A stretch of DNA of 64,000 nt from Tubulanus polymorphus (lineage: Eukaryota; Animalia; Nemertea). The DNA is taken from positions 21,908,210 to 21,972,209 of the forward strand of contig NC_134030.1 of assembly GCF_964204645.1 (NCBI RefSeq). Direction: 5' to 3'. The notes under the pieces are model-generated. The model ran no database searches, was not told where the DNA came from, and worked only from the letters and a program-made list of their open reading frames with translations. Position numbers and translations under genes: made by a program. Position 1 is the first letter of the stretch; every line of letters starts with the position of its first letter. This document shows positions 24,401-34,330 of the stretch, one piece after another.

Positions 24401-25780
24401 TCCGCGCGGTTGCGCCACCGCGCGGGATTAACGCGAAGCAGCAGAACACAAACATGGCCACTCTCTCAATTTTCAATTATTTCGGCTGTTAGGGATTTAA
24501 GGCACAATATAAGTTGATGATGTGATATGGCGATGTTAATTAATGATAATTCCGCAGTGAAGCTAGCCACGAACGGTGCCGATTGAGTGTACAGCTGCCA
24601 AAAACACTGAAATGTGCGTAGTTGCGTAACTATTTGCAGTGAATTGCAGACGAAACATGAAGCTTTAACGGCCGTTTAAAAAAAAATTATACCAATCGCA
24701 ATTGTAAAATAAAAATGAGATAGAACCTAAGTTAAAATTCTGGCCATTTCTAAAATGTTATTACTAATTTTTAGTCAGTGCCGAACGTTTAGTTTTCCAA
24801 CAATAATGAGGGGTGGTAGGTAGTCATGCAATTCAAGTCATCATTTATTACACGTTACTTCCGTGTTGTTGAAAATCTCGCGAGTCCTGGACTAAACCCC
24901 AATGAACAATGTGATCTGTGTGCTGGCCACAAATGTACACAGATCACACTACACTACCCATTACACACTCCAGTACCCACAGCTTTCATATATCCATCCA
25001 AATATTTAGTGGCTTTCTTCCTGGATAATATTCGTCCAACATTTCAACAATGTCATAATAGTCATCTCCAGGGTTACTGAGTGTTGCAACAACAATTATT
25101 AGGTATTGATATTTATACAATCTATTTTTTCGGTAGATCATTAAACGTCGATTCATTCATTCCTTTGTCGGAGATCTCATAAATATGTATGTGGTGTAAG
25201 GAACACTTTGGACTTAATAAAACACCCTGAAATAAATCAAAGCTAATTCTAACTGAATCAGGGGTGGAATTAGTTGAGGTATTATTAACGATTGTCACTG
25301 TTAACAGTAAAGTTGTGACTAGTTGACTTTTCAAGAGGTTGTGCATTTTATGAAACAGACTGTAGCGGGTTATATACAATTGTATAAAACCAAGCTGAAC
25401 ACATCTAAAACAGAGTAAACTCTAGGGGCTACTGATAAAGTATTGTGAATATAAGTTAAAGTTGACGGGTATCTACATTTAGGGAGTGTGCAGTTGTATT
25501 TGGTGTTTGGTTTATATTGTACATGTATTTATTTATAGAAGTTACTCGTCTGAATAATGAAACTGCTGGTGATCGTAGACCAAGTATTGACCAGACATCG
25601 AGTAGTGGCGTTGGGCCACCTGGTGGTGATATAGTGAAATATGAAAATGAACATAAAAGTGGCTGTAGTCAAAGTGCTGCTGGTGATAGTCACACTCAGA
25701 GTGCTGCTGATGATAGTCACACAAGTGATACCGTACCGAGTGGTGATCGTGAGCTGGGTAATAGTGATACACAAGTCTAG
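319..25780 (+). CDS. Gene A1: Ig-superfamily type I membrane receptor with a micro-exon-encoded cytoplasmic region (53 exons, ~1356 aa)
   Basis: Hand-spliced model; all introns GT-AG and phase 1; no stop until TAG at 25778-25780. Exons: 319-433, 1234-1524, 2017-2352, 3134-3469, 4091-4360, 5064-5162, 5252-5296, 5793-5885, 5967-6044, 6139-6150, 7189-7263, 7344-7385, 7572-7613, 7752-7826, 8130-8177, 8425-8454, 8535-8585, 8671-8733, 9156-9239, 10193-10240, 10328-10366, 10557-10574, 10659-10706, 10798-10851, 11447-11515, 11977-12006, 12547-12585, 12691-12846, 13458-13493, 13577-13594, 13728-13775, 14759-14836, 15019-15066, 15553-15636, 15962-16006, 16175-16228, 16813-16848, 17123-17140, 17950-17997, 18265-18351, 18433-18510, 18600-18647, 18849-18902, 19848-19883, 21775-21828, 21913-21954, 22053-22094, 22800-22826, 22902-22934, 23229-23264, 23353-23406, 23802-23840, 25539-25780. 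Exons 1-6 and 11-47 are conserved with their splice sites in the paralogue at 34835+. Confidence 0.8.
1070..1280 (+). repeat. 82-bp tandem repeat spanning the exon-2 acceptor (3 acceptors)
   Basis: CAG|CACCTGAT at 1070, 1152, 1234. Confidence 0.95.
1234..1524 (+). CDS. A1 exon 2: Ig-like domain 1
   Basis: 291 nt, phase 1-1; G-x-TVSITC...W...GKMYKCVA resembles the Ig B-strand and F-strand Cys motifs. Confidence 0.8.
2017..2352 (+). CDS. A1 exon 3: Ig-like domain 2
   Basis: 336 nt, phase 1-1; L-x-CTC-x-A...VKWY...IQC pattern (Cys-Trp-Cys). Confidence 0.75.
3134..3469 (+). CDS. A1 exon 4: Ig-like domain 3
   Basis: 336 nt; EGEVVEYTCRT.GRPDPTV...HNGTSFRCAV, a typical I/C2-set pattern. Confidence 0.85.
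3593..4000 (+). repeat. 52-bp minisatellite, 8 copies, containing a Pol III B-box
   Basis: Unit GGAACGTGGCAGAGTCTCACGATGTCATCAGGTTCGAATCCCTGCCGAGGGA; 3 copies in the paralogue. Confidence 0.95.
4091..4360 (+). CDS. A1 exon 5: membrane-proximal beta-rich domain (Ig/FN3-like)
   Basis: 270 nt; NSYP...VTC...WNITI...DYRGQC with several N-x-T sequons. Confidence 0.7.
5064..5162 (+). CDS. A1 exon 6: transmembrane segment
   Basis: VPEEGTGGIVFAVISILILLILIILFIMCLCGC; CAG acceptor, GTAAGT donor. Confidence 0.85.
5252..6150 (+). CDS. A1 exons 7-10: Cys-rich/acidic juxtamembrane micro-exons
   Basis: 45, 93, 78 and 12 nt exons: LRCRKPDDELCRCGN / SLNFNSISRELMICNCRTEDSSDDELCVCCC / LTCKLHAADESDNEDDSSDELCHCCC / LLWR. 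Confidence 0.7.
7189..23840 (+). CDS. A1 exons 11-52: array of 42 symmetric phase-1 micro-exons encoding a charged, probably helical cytoplasmic domain
   Basis: Exons of 18-156 nt, each with a pyrimidine tract+AG and a GT donor, all 3n and all open in the same frame. The fusion to the Ig/TM exons is inferred from phase continuity. Confidence 0.8.
7894..8002. mobile_element. ~110 bp palindromic MITE (Harbinger-like family)
   Basis: GGGCCGGGTTTATAGACTGGTATT...AATACCAGTCTATAAAACCGGGTCC; other copies at ~22189-22296, 43484-43593, 62397-62512, 63699-63809. Confidence 0.8.
9368..9999 (-). mobile_element. 5'-truncated Penelope-like retroelement (GIY-YIG endonuclease fragment) with a short inverted segment
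   Basis: ORF 9609-9950: GVYKIPC..C...YFGETGR.LKTRISEH...ESALI...LN is a PLE-type GIY-YIG; 9960-9999 is the reverse complement of ~9859-9897; absent from the paralogous A2 intron (~44866). Confidence 0.9.
9490..9531 (-). ncRNA. Minimal hammerhead ribozyme (Penelope-type)
   Basis: Minus strand ACAC-CUGACGA-U-GAUCUC(UAGGGU)GAGAUC-GAAAC-GUC-GUGU: core, stem II and stem I (ACAC/GUGU) are all present. Confidence 0.8.
12077..12348. mobile_element. ~270 bp fold-back MITE
   Basis: TACGGAAACGTCCTAGGGACATAAT...ATTATGTCCCCAGGACGCTTCCGTA, a near-complete palindrome flanked by GAAAG repeats; absent at the paralogous site ~46630. Confidence 0.85.
13803..14712 (+). mobile_element. Non-autonomous Helentron/DINE-like element
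   Basis: Starts in a T-run with TTTTAGCC..GGGCTA subterminal inverted repeats and a short (CGTC)n tract, ends in a T-run. Present here and at ~47823-48684, absent from module II (~54995); a reverse fragment lies at ~24500-24730. Family assignment is by structural resemblance. Confidence 0.65.
15642..15883 (+). repeat. 22-bp minisatellite (TTACATCTACAGTAAACTACAT) x ~11
   Basis: Begins immediately after the exon-34 donor. Confidence 0.95.
21480..21690 (-). mobile_element. Degenerate non-LTR retrotransposon RT fragment
   Basis: Minus strand reads LNLFLILYADDKVILAED..SLQ (YADD motif); copies at ~62185-62310 and ~62975-63200. Confidence 0.75.
22189..22296. mobile_element. ~110 bp palindromic MITE, same family as 7894-8002
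   Basis: TIRs TTTTATAGACTGGTAT / ATACCAGTCTATAAAA. Confidence 0.8.
24150..24191 (-). ncRNA. Minimal hammerhead ribozyme (solo Penelope-like terminus)
   Basis: Minus strand CCAC-CUGAUGA-U-GGCUGUU(AGUC)AACAGCC-GAAAC-GUU-GUGG. Confidence 0.75.
25539..25780 (+). CDS. A1 terminal exon: low-complexity S/D/G tail ending SDTQV*
   Basis: ATTTATAG acceptor, phase 1, matches ORF 25517..25780; AATAAA at 26111. Confidence 0.7.
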
Positions 25781-26789
25781 TTCCAAGCCGTCGTTCCCCA
25801 TAAGGGTTGATTCGACACTAAAATCAGTTGTTGCATTGCAAGAAACAGGAGTTAACCTATAATGAACAGTTTATCATCAAACGTTGTGGGGGGCCGTAAC
25901 AACGACTGGTATTCAGACTAGTACACAGGATTATAACCGCCAGTCTCTAGTGGTGGCAGGGGCTGGGTGGAACTGGGTGTAACTCACAACTGTGGAACTG
26001 TGTTTTGTATCACGCTATGATTAAGGATGTTTGTTAATCTCCTTTTGATTGGCTTGAATCATTGAGATTTTATACGAAAAGAAAAAGAAAAAGATATGAA
26101 TACAGTTTCTAATAAAATATTTATCTTTGTTATTCGGTTGTATGTAATTTCTGCGCTATTTAATTACTGTAGATCATTGTTTAATTATTGTTGAAACAAT
26201 TAATTGTAATTACATTAGTTAATCAAATAAATATGTTCTGCTTTTACTAAAATATACAGTGTAACTGAAGTAGATGAAATACAGTGTAACTGATCTAAAG
26301 TGTAGCTGAAATACAGTGTAACTGAATGATTGTAGTATTTTATTGTACCGTAGTTGTAACTATATCGAGCAGAAATAAATTGTAAACGAAATTGCTTTTT
26401 GCTAAATCATCAGCGGTTGTTCTTGGGGAATATTAGGCCTACATTGTAGTCCAACTTACGCTGTATAACTGTATTATGATACAATGTAACTGGTTTACTA
26501 TTTTACTATACATAAAATATGTGTTAAGTTAAAAACTGTAAAAATGCATCACTGATTGACTGAAGTATTATCATTGAAAAATTGTGATAATTTTTATTTC
26601 ATTTGAAAAAGTTTTGTAAAAACGTGACATATTATGAAACCATTGATGCGGTTTATAAGATCAGCTACACGCGGACTCCTGGTAAAACTTTGTGCCGTGT
26701 TTTTTGCTAGAAATTGCTAATAATGTAACGTGCTAAATTTATTCATTTATCTATAAATTTATCCATATAGATAAAATCATTGTTTTCTT

Positions 26790-26962
26790 TTCTAGCAACT
26801 GCAGCCGGAGTAGAACCGGCCCCGGGTCGGATGAGGTTGACTCTTGGTCATCTCCAGTCTTACCAATAGCTTCCCGTTAACCCCAACTCTAGCCGAATAG
26901 GACTCGAACCTAAAATCTTCAGCGTGCCAGCCGAGCACGCTAACCACTAGACCATACACCAG
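26790..26962 (-). mobile_element. tRNA-derived SINE
   Basis: Minus strand GGTGTATGGTCTAGTGGTTAGCGTG...GGTTCGAGTCC (A and B boxes) followed by a non-tRNA body; poor acceptor-stem pairing. Confidence 0.7.
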
Positions 26963-27682
26963 TAGTTTGTAAGTGCGTGTCTGGTCAGTGTGGTGAACAT
27001 TTATCTGTGGTGACTATCAGTCGGGTGTGTTGCGACTGGTGACCATTCAGGTGCGGTGACCGTCGAGTCAGTTGTGGAGACACTATTCACTAACAGTGCC
27101 CGCTCTATCATTCTGTGTTACAGTTACAGCAGTTTCAATGTAATTGTCAGGAAGTCGTTTTGTCCTGCAGCTCCTAAAAGTTGCCTCTTTTTCCATAGAT
27201 GAAGTAGTCAAAATTACACCTTGTATCCATCTCTGAGACTTCTGCCTTCCCGACATCGTGAATGTATTTTACAATCTCTCGGAATTAATATCTTTTATTG
27301 TATTTCATTATTTTAATTTTCTAATTGATATCTAAAAGTTTGATAATTTTTGATTTTTCAGTTTCTAAAAATGTATACCTTATTTTGAGTGGAATGGATT
27401 GATTTTAGTAGAGACCCGCAGTTTATGGAGCGAAGATGGATTATAAAAGTAATAGTTCATTGACTCCATCCAATAAGTGTAAAATGCGATACATTGTTAA
27501 ACCATTCTTGTCGTACGTGGCGTTGACCTCTTTTACCCGACTGGTATTTCTTCACACCTAAAGGTGCTCGCACATGTCTCCCGTTATATCAAACGAGTAC
27601 CGATACCTCTTGTGAAAAAATCATGAAATTCAACGAAAAGCTTAAGATGTAACTGATTAAAGGTGAGTTTGTTGAAGTATTT

Positions 27683-27990
27683 AACTCCACTCCAGTCGGA
27701 TCTGTTCAACTCGGAGATAACTGTTCAACTCAGAGATAACCGTTCAACTCAGAGATAACCGTTCAACTCGGAGATAACCGATCAACTCGGAGATAACCGA
27801 TCAACTCGGAGATAACCGTTCAACTCAGAGATAACCGATTAATCAGAGATAACCGTTCAACTCGGATGTTGAAATATGTTTTTGCGGCAGTATTTAAGAA
27901 ATACATATCATCCAACTCGGATATCCCTCATCAAGTCGGACACGTTTTTTTGCGGTTCCAAAAGATCCGACTTGAGCGGAGTCTACTGTA
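27683..27990. mobile_element. MITE with an internal 19-bp tandem repeat (~8 copies)
   Basis: TIRs ACTCCACTCCAGTCGGATCT / AGATCCGACTTGAGCGGAGT(CTACTG-TA), Tc1/pogo-like end; internal unit CCGTTCAACTCGGAGATAA at ~27702-27865. Confidence 0.7.
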
Positions 27991-28374
27991 TTCAAGAATA
28001 AGAGTCAAACTTATAAACTAGGCCTATATGCCACAATTTCATTATTCAATTTTATGACCTAAATTCTAAAATTCTAGTGAAACTTTCGACGATTTTGAAA
28101 TATTTTCTGAAAGCGGTGAAAACTATGCATTTTGTACAAAAATAAATTTAGAAAGCAGTCACTATTTGTGTCCCTGGACTTCGGACCCCGGGGCTTATAT
28201 GAAGGTCATACAATTATTGAAGGACGACCAGTGATTTAAACACCTTTCACTTCCTGCTCGACGCTCGAATATATTGAATGTATCACCGGCACTGATCATC
28301 AAAATCTTATCTTTAACTTCCTCAATTATCAGACCAAAGTGGAACTCGATTTTTATTCTGTACTCTGTATCACA

Positions 28375-31300
28375 ATGATGAACACACGTTTATTCGTAAT
28401 AATCTACATAGTTTTATTAAAACTTGGAAACTTAAACAGCGCAGAAACATCTGGAAATGAGACGCATAATTCAAGTAAGTCACTCGAACCAATGATAGCT
28501 TTTCTGTTGTGTCGATTTCATAGATTTCTGTCGATGATAATTCATGCACCTGAGGTATTACACGCGTGACGTCACAGATCGTTTCACCGTCGGTGTTTGA
28601 GACTCCCGTACATAGGTCTAGCTATACTAACAAATAGGGGATTTATCAAGGGCCTGTCATGTAAATAAATTACCGAGAAGATGCTGCAGGCCCGTATGCT
28701 GCCTTTCTTTGTTGTGGGCAGTTCGCGAGTACCGTATAAGAGGGGAGCGTTTTGTGGGGATTCCCCAAGAAAACTTTGATCATTTAAAGCCGTCAGTTTG
28801 AATTCATTACTGGCTAATTTATGTATAGCTGTAAACAAACGACTGTGTAGGACGATACGTGATGGGAAATGTAGTCTAAAAATTCGGAACTAGAGATTTT
28901 GCTGGGGGGGGGGAGGGGTCACGTGGTGGAAAAAGGACCTAAATAGATTATTCGAAGTTTGTGCGTTTTACTGTTTCATAGACTATTCATATTTATTTAT
29001 TCGTTTCAGTGATTTATCCGAAGCCTGTTCCCGATGGAAAACCCGATATTAAAACACATGGACAATCGATTGAATATATTTGTAGAACTAGTGTTAAATA
29101 TCCTACAGTTATATTCCAAAAGAAGAGAAGAGATTCAGAACAATGGGAAACAATTCCAGACGAACTGATTCGTATAACTAGAACTGTGAAACATATTACT
29201 TCTGCTTCACTAGAATTCAAAGCAGATTTCAAACTGCACAATGGAACAACATTTAGATGTCTCGTTCTTAAGGAAGGCCAAACAGATTTTGATTATCTTC
29301 AGTTTGATCTAATCGTAGTTCATCGAACTGGTAAGTAACAGTTTTAAAATGTGAACCTTCCCAGTCTGGAATCCTGCTACTAAATAAACATCGAATCTAT
29401 CAAAACAAATTAATATTGAAACACAGCGTCTCTGTTACTTTTAAATTACTTCGCAGTCGATTGCATGAATTTATAGTTTAGCAGCTACATATCAAAAGTG
29501 CGTTTATTGTAGCGTATGACATGTACATTTTAATGCATTCTAGAATTTATAGAAATAATTCTCAAATTGACGGCCATACGACTCAGCGTGAAATTCATAT
29601 TTCTGTTTAACGGATATATAGCCGACAGTTTAATTTGTTGTAGCTTCCTCTTTCATATACCCGTCATTTGTTCATCCATTTCTATCTCCGCACAAACATA
29701 TCTTCTTGTGTCAACTATACTAATTCCAAGGTCGCTTGATGAGTTGTTGATTTTAAATTTTGTATATTTGATATCTAAAAACCTGAATTTCTTCATTTAA
29801 AAAGTAAATATTTGTTGCCCTCGTCACTTTTGGAATTGGGAATAAGGCTTTTTATTTATGTCTTTTTATTTCAAAAGGGAGGTAAAAATAGTAAGTATCG
29901 GCCGTTCTTGTCACTTTACCAAAAAGGGGTCGATGAGGAACACCATATTTCTTTGCGTGGCCTTAATGCACGCGTCAGTAAACTAACCCAACCACAAACA
30001 GTCTAAGTTACTTTCTACAGGTAATTGTTTTTCTCATTTCAGATTTGAATCAAATCCCGGCGACTGAAATCAGTAAATCAGGGTCAGTATCTATTTCACT
30101 TAGCGCACTACAAATAAATCATATTCTATATGTGAATCATTTCTTTGTTGTCGATGCTTTTTGTGAAATAATTTTGAATTGATATCTCACTCGTCTCATT
30201 GGCTTCCGATTAACAGTTCACCTATCATTATTCATCTCAATTTTCACATTTTGCCACAAAAGGTAACAGTACGGGCAATTGCAAAATATGTGACCTCGAT
30301 ATCGCTACCACGAGCCCTGCCTTTTCACTTCTGAGCCAAGTTGCACAGTCGTGACTTAAGTCCAAAAGTGGTCTTAAATCTCATGACTGTTCTTAAGTTA
30401 TTAGATTGGCTTTAGAACTAAGTTGGTATTAGACTGGTCTTAAGTCTAAGCCATGACTATGCAACCGGCCTCTGTTCTGCTGATTTATCTTAATTGTAAA
30501 TTTCGTCCTTTTCATTCAGAGTTCGTCTGCTTACTGCTGAAAATGTGGCCTCGAAAAACAAGGTCATTATAAATTTAAGTAATAATCCAACAAACTTGTC
30601 AAATAAAGTTCCCCGGATCCCAGACACAGAGTCGAATTAAACCCACTGAACTGTGAACCTTGATTTAGGATATAAAAGCGAATTGAATTCTGTAATATAA
30701 ACTGAATGATTAATTGATTGATATTTGCAGCTTGTGTTGAGGTTTGATTCCATTCTGTTCGTTTCTAGTTTATACCCGCGAATTGTCATCCGGTATATTC
30801 TACATCCTTCGAGTTTTCCTTTTTTTCTTTCTCTGACCGAATCGGTGTACAGACTGGACCGGACCACAAACCTGACTGGACCATGATGATAATTTACATC
30901 GCTTGTGGAGTTATCGGTTTCCTCCTCGTCATCGTTATCATCGTTGTCATCGTCATTTGCAGGTATGTACTCAATAATCTCGGGCAGATTTCGTATCTAA
31001 GATAATACCCCAATGACGTCATATTAAAACGTGAAATAATTTGATAAATCAGTGACGTTTTCCAAAAAGATGTCTTCATTCGTAAAATTTGTATCTACCT
31101 ATGCGCCGATTACTGGCTGAGTCAATCTCAAATCAGCAGGAATAATTCAATATAATGACCGAAATATCCGAAATCTAAAATCTCTTCACCGCTTAAATTA
31201 CCCATGTTTCAGACGCAGGCTATTGCCGGGTGAAGGTCGTGTGGAGGTTGCGACACCGCAGGTACTCGACGTCTATGACGAGTTGTATGATGACATAGAT

Positions 31301-31723
31301 TCTGTTACTGTGACTGACAAACTGCACACCAGCGATCAGAAAGTTACTACAGATCCGTACGTGAATATCGAGGCCGGGAACGACAAAGACACAACTCCGT
31401 ACATGGATATGGCAGCCGCGAAGGGTAAAGATACAGCTTCATATATAGATATGGAAGCCGGGAAGGGCAAAGACACAACTCCTTATATGGATATGGGACC
31501 CGGGATAGAAGAGGATACGTACAGGAGTACTGAAACCGGGAAGGACAAACACACAACTCCTTACACGAATACCGGAGCCGAGAAGCGCAAAGATAGACAT
31601 AGTTACGTAAATACCGAAGCTGGAAAGGCGCGCCATTTGAAGAAAGATACTGATGAACCCGTGAAAGATGATGTTGAACTTTATTCTTACGCTACTGTTC
31701 AATATACTCGCAATAGGCGTTAG
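28375..31723 (+). CDS. Gene B: single-Ig type I membrane receptor with a tyrosine-motif repeat tail (~374 aa)
   Basis: Exons 28375-28474 (signal peptide MMNTRLFVIIYIVLLKLGNLNS), 29010-29330 (Ig), 30043-30082 and 30520-30562 (stalk), 30853-30962 (TM), 31213-31723 (tail). Intron phases 1,1,2,0,2 join into one ORF; the two stalk exons are the least certain. Confidence 0.8.
29010..29330 (+). CDS. Gene B Ig domain exon, paralogous to A domain 3
   Basis: Shares PDI...EY.CRT...PTVI.Q.KRR.SE.W..IPD...FKADFKLHNGT.FRC with A exon 4. Confidence 0.85.
30334..30471. mobile_element. MITE with TIRs (GTTGCACAGTC/GACTATGCAAC), flanked by CTG
   Basis: Imperfect TIRs; related copies at ~5426-5553 and ~53504-53632. 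Confidence 0.65.
30853..30962 (+). CDS. Gene B transmembrane exon
   Basis: TGPDHKPDWTMMIIYIACGVIGFLLVIVIIVVIVIC followed by RRR across the junction. Confidence 0.85.
31213..31723 (+). CDS. Gene B cytoplasmic exon with multiple Tyr motifs
   Basis: VYDEL, LYDDI, PYVNI, PYMDM x2, SYIDM, TYRST, PYTNT, SYVNT, YSYATV; ~14-aa periodicity. Confidence 0.85.
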
Positions 31724-32439
31724 AGGGCGCCATTGAGCAAACGACTACTGATTATACATATGCAAAACATAAGGCTAGAAACAATTGATTATTTTTCATA
31801 ATCTGCTGAGCTCAAAAGTTGAATCAGCTGCATGCATACATTATTCATTTCTAAAAATAACAGACCCGACAGTTTTAGTAATGAACTGACTACATATTTT
31901 ATTCTAGTTCACAAAAATGACCCGGTCGACTAGGAGAAACAATTAGGTATGATTCACTAGCCTAAGTTTTTGATATACACGGCATTTGTAGATTAGAAAC
32001 ATCAATCCACTTCAACAATCATTCAAATTCCACTTTTAGCAAAATCCACATGGAGAATGCTTCAGTTTACAGGGCAGTATATATTTTATGATATTCAGCT
32101 TCCAATGGCCTATAGTTCGTAGACTCTTATGAGGAGTTTTAAGTGCCAAATTGACTTGTCAATCATCTTCAGGGGCGGATCCAAGTAAGGCCGAAACCGC
32201 CTCCCCTTATCTCTTTTGCCAAGAAAATATTTTCACAACATGGATAAGGAATGTAACAAATATAGTAGAAAGTCTTTGTCATTCATTTTGTACTTGATTT
32301 ACTCTAGATGCCCCCAGAAAATGATCCAATCCTGATTCCCTTAAAAATATATAAAATATGGTATAAAATCCGTCAGTCTTATTCTTTTCTTGATGATTTC
32401 TTTTCTTTTTTCCTCTTTTACTACTTCGGTCAAACAAGA

Positions 32440-32790
32440 TACATTACACGATGGTAAAAGCTTTCCTAAAATAGATGTGTTTTAAGATTTCATTCAGAAG
32501 TATCGACGGATGAGGATTCCGGAATACTGGACGGTCAAACATTCCACATTGTTGGGACAGTGAACTTCAAAGCTCTATTGCCAAATGACTTTCTTGGAGA
32601 CAGGTTTGACTAGAGGTGTTATCATTTATATCGACTCATATTCTATTCATCCATTATTAGATCAAGCACATTCTAATGATCTTAACATTTTATCAATATG
32701 TTCATTTCAGTTACTTTCACTTTGTCTCACTTTAAACCCTTGTTTTAGTCTCTGGTTTGCAGTTACACATTTTTTCATTTAATCAGACGG
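32440..32790 (-). mobile_element. Degenerate LINE (L2/CR1-like) 3' remnant
   Basis: Minus strand resembles the P..WN.L...LKTHL C-terminal motif; heavily decayed. Confidence 0.4.
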
Positions 32791-33714
32791 TTCACAGATC
32801 ATTTCGTGCCTCGATATTTACCAACCAATCACTTCGTGCCTCGATATTTACCAACCAATGATATGTAGATGAACCGACCGATGTGTTTTACCAGGTGTTA
32901 TCATTTATATTGACTCATATTCTATTCATGCACAGCGTTTATCGTTGACTCAATACATTTTCATAGTTCTATTATTCACCCTCTAAGGATTGTATTTTAT
33001 AGGATACTTCCATTTTTCCACATATTTTCTTCGGGCTGATAGAACATCTTATGTGAAGTTAACAATTGATCGATCAGATTTTTTGACTTTTTAAATGCAT
33101 CAGAATCGAGGATTAGTTGCTTTGTTTATGGATATTTAGAGTAGTTTCACTTTGTTTTTATTTCATTAAGGTAAAAATCATTTCCTCCTCTTTTCACATC
33201 TGGGTTTCGTTTCATGAAAAGTTTTAAGCTTTAGACAGTTAAATATGAATTGTTGTCCTCATTACAAACTTGAAGTAACCAATCATAGCAGCTGAACTTG
33301 AGAGATTCAAGTTATTTTTACTCTGTTTTGTAATATTGGACCCTGAGCGAGACTCCTGGTTTTGATGTACACATGTCTTGTATGCAGTGACTATCCATCA
33401 CTTGGACGTTACCAAAAATACAAATGAAATTGAAATGCTGGTCGAATTAATACTAGGAATAGTTCGTTAACTCATTCGTCTCCTAGGAATCGAATTGACG
33501 TTTCGTCTTCGTAGTTCTCAACTTCCGCGACGATTCTAAAATAATAACTACTAAAACGAAACGGAATTTCGATTCCTAGGTAGTTAAAGAAATACGATCT
33601 TATTCCTAGAATTAATTCGGCCATCATATCACAAACCCCTAATCAGTCGCTTGCCGGCTCTGCCAAGACTGAAGATCCTTTCAGAATCGAATCAATTATA
33701 CCAAGATAAGATAT

Positions 33715-34330
33715 TTATTTCACTCCAACCATAAGAATGGTACATGGAGGCAAGATTGAATACAAAATATGAAATATAAAAATTTACGAAACATAAACAG
33801 AATTGTATACATATATACATACAGACAAAACAAATGGGAAAATAATTCTATAACAAAGTAAAGATCCAATTTTTCAGTAAAACAATTTACAGACAAAGCA
33901 AGTACAGAGATTGAATTATGTACAGCAAAATGTACCACACGTATATACATATACACAATTTACTGGTGGGATTTTTATAAACTTAAACCTAACTCGATAA
34001 ATTGAGCTATTTGTGGGTTAGGATTCGTTAATATTTCAGAGTTTCTGGACATACTTAAATGGATGGAATTATCACGCATATCATATAACATTAATGAAAT
34101 GCAGCTCATCTCCCCTCTGACTACGTTACAGGCGGGGCACAGTCTTTCACTTCTGTATGAGCGTTCGATCGATTATCTCCCGGTAACAAATAGGAACCAA
34201 TTCTGAATTCGAATAAGCTATAACGCGCAAGACGATACTTTCAAATTTTCAGATATTTTCTTGAACATGTGAATTTAAAAATCGATCATGTATACGTTTG
34301 TTAGACTTTTAAGTGCATATCAGAATGGGT
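33715..34330 (-). mobile_element. Degenerate LINE 3' remnant
   Basis: Minus strand has frameshifted VTGR...C..CNVVRGDELHF, resembling the C-terminal zinc-knuckle region of non-LTR ORF2, followed by a T-rich 3' UTR with AATAAA. Confidence 0.5.

Noticed and set aside
26890-26962. Functional tRNA gene (apparent GGC anticodon)
   Set aside because: Weak acceptor and anticodon stems, no immediate T-run terminator, and it continues into a SINE-like body.
31213-31723. Canonical ITAM or ITIM
   Set aside because: The YxxL/I pair lacks the 6-12 residue spacer, and the -2 residues do not fit (S/I/V/L)xYxx(I/V/L); described only as Tyr motifs.
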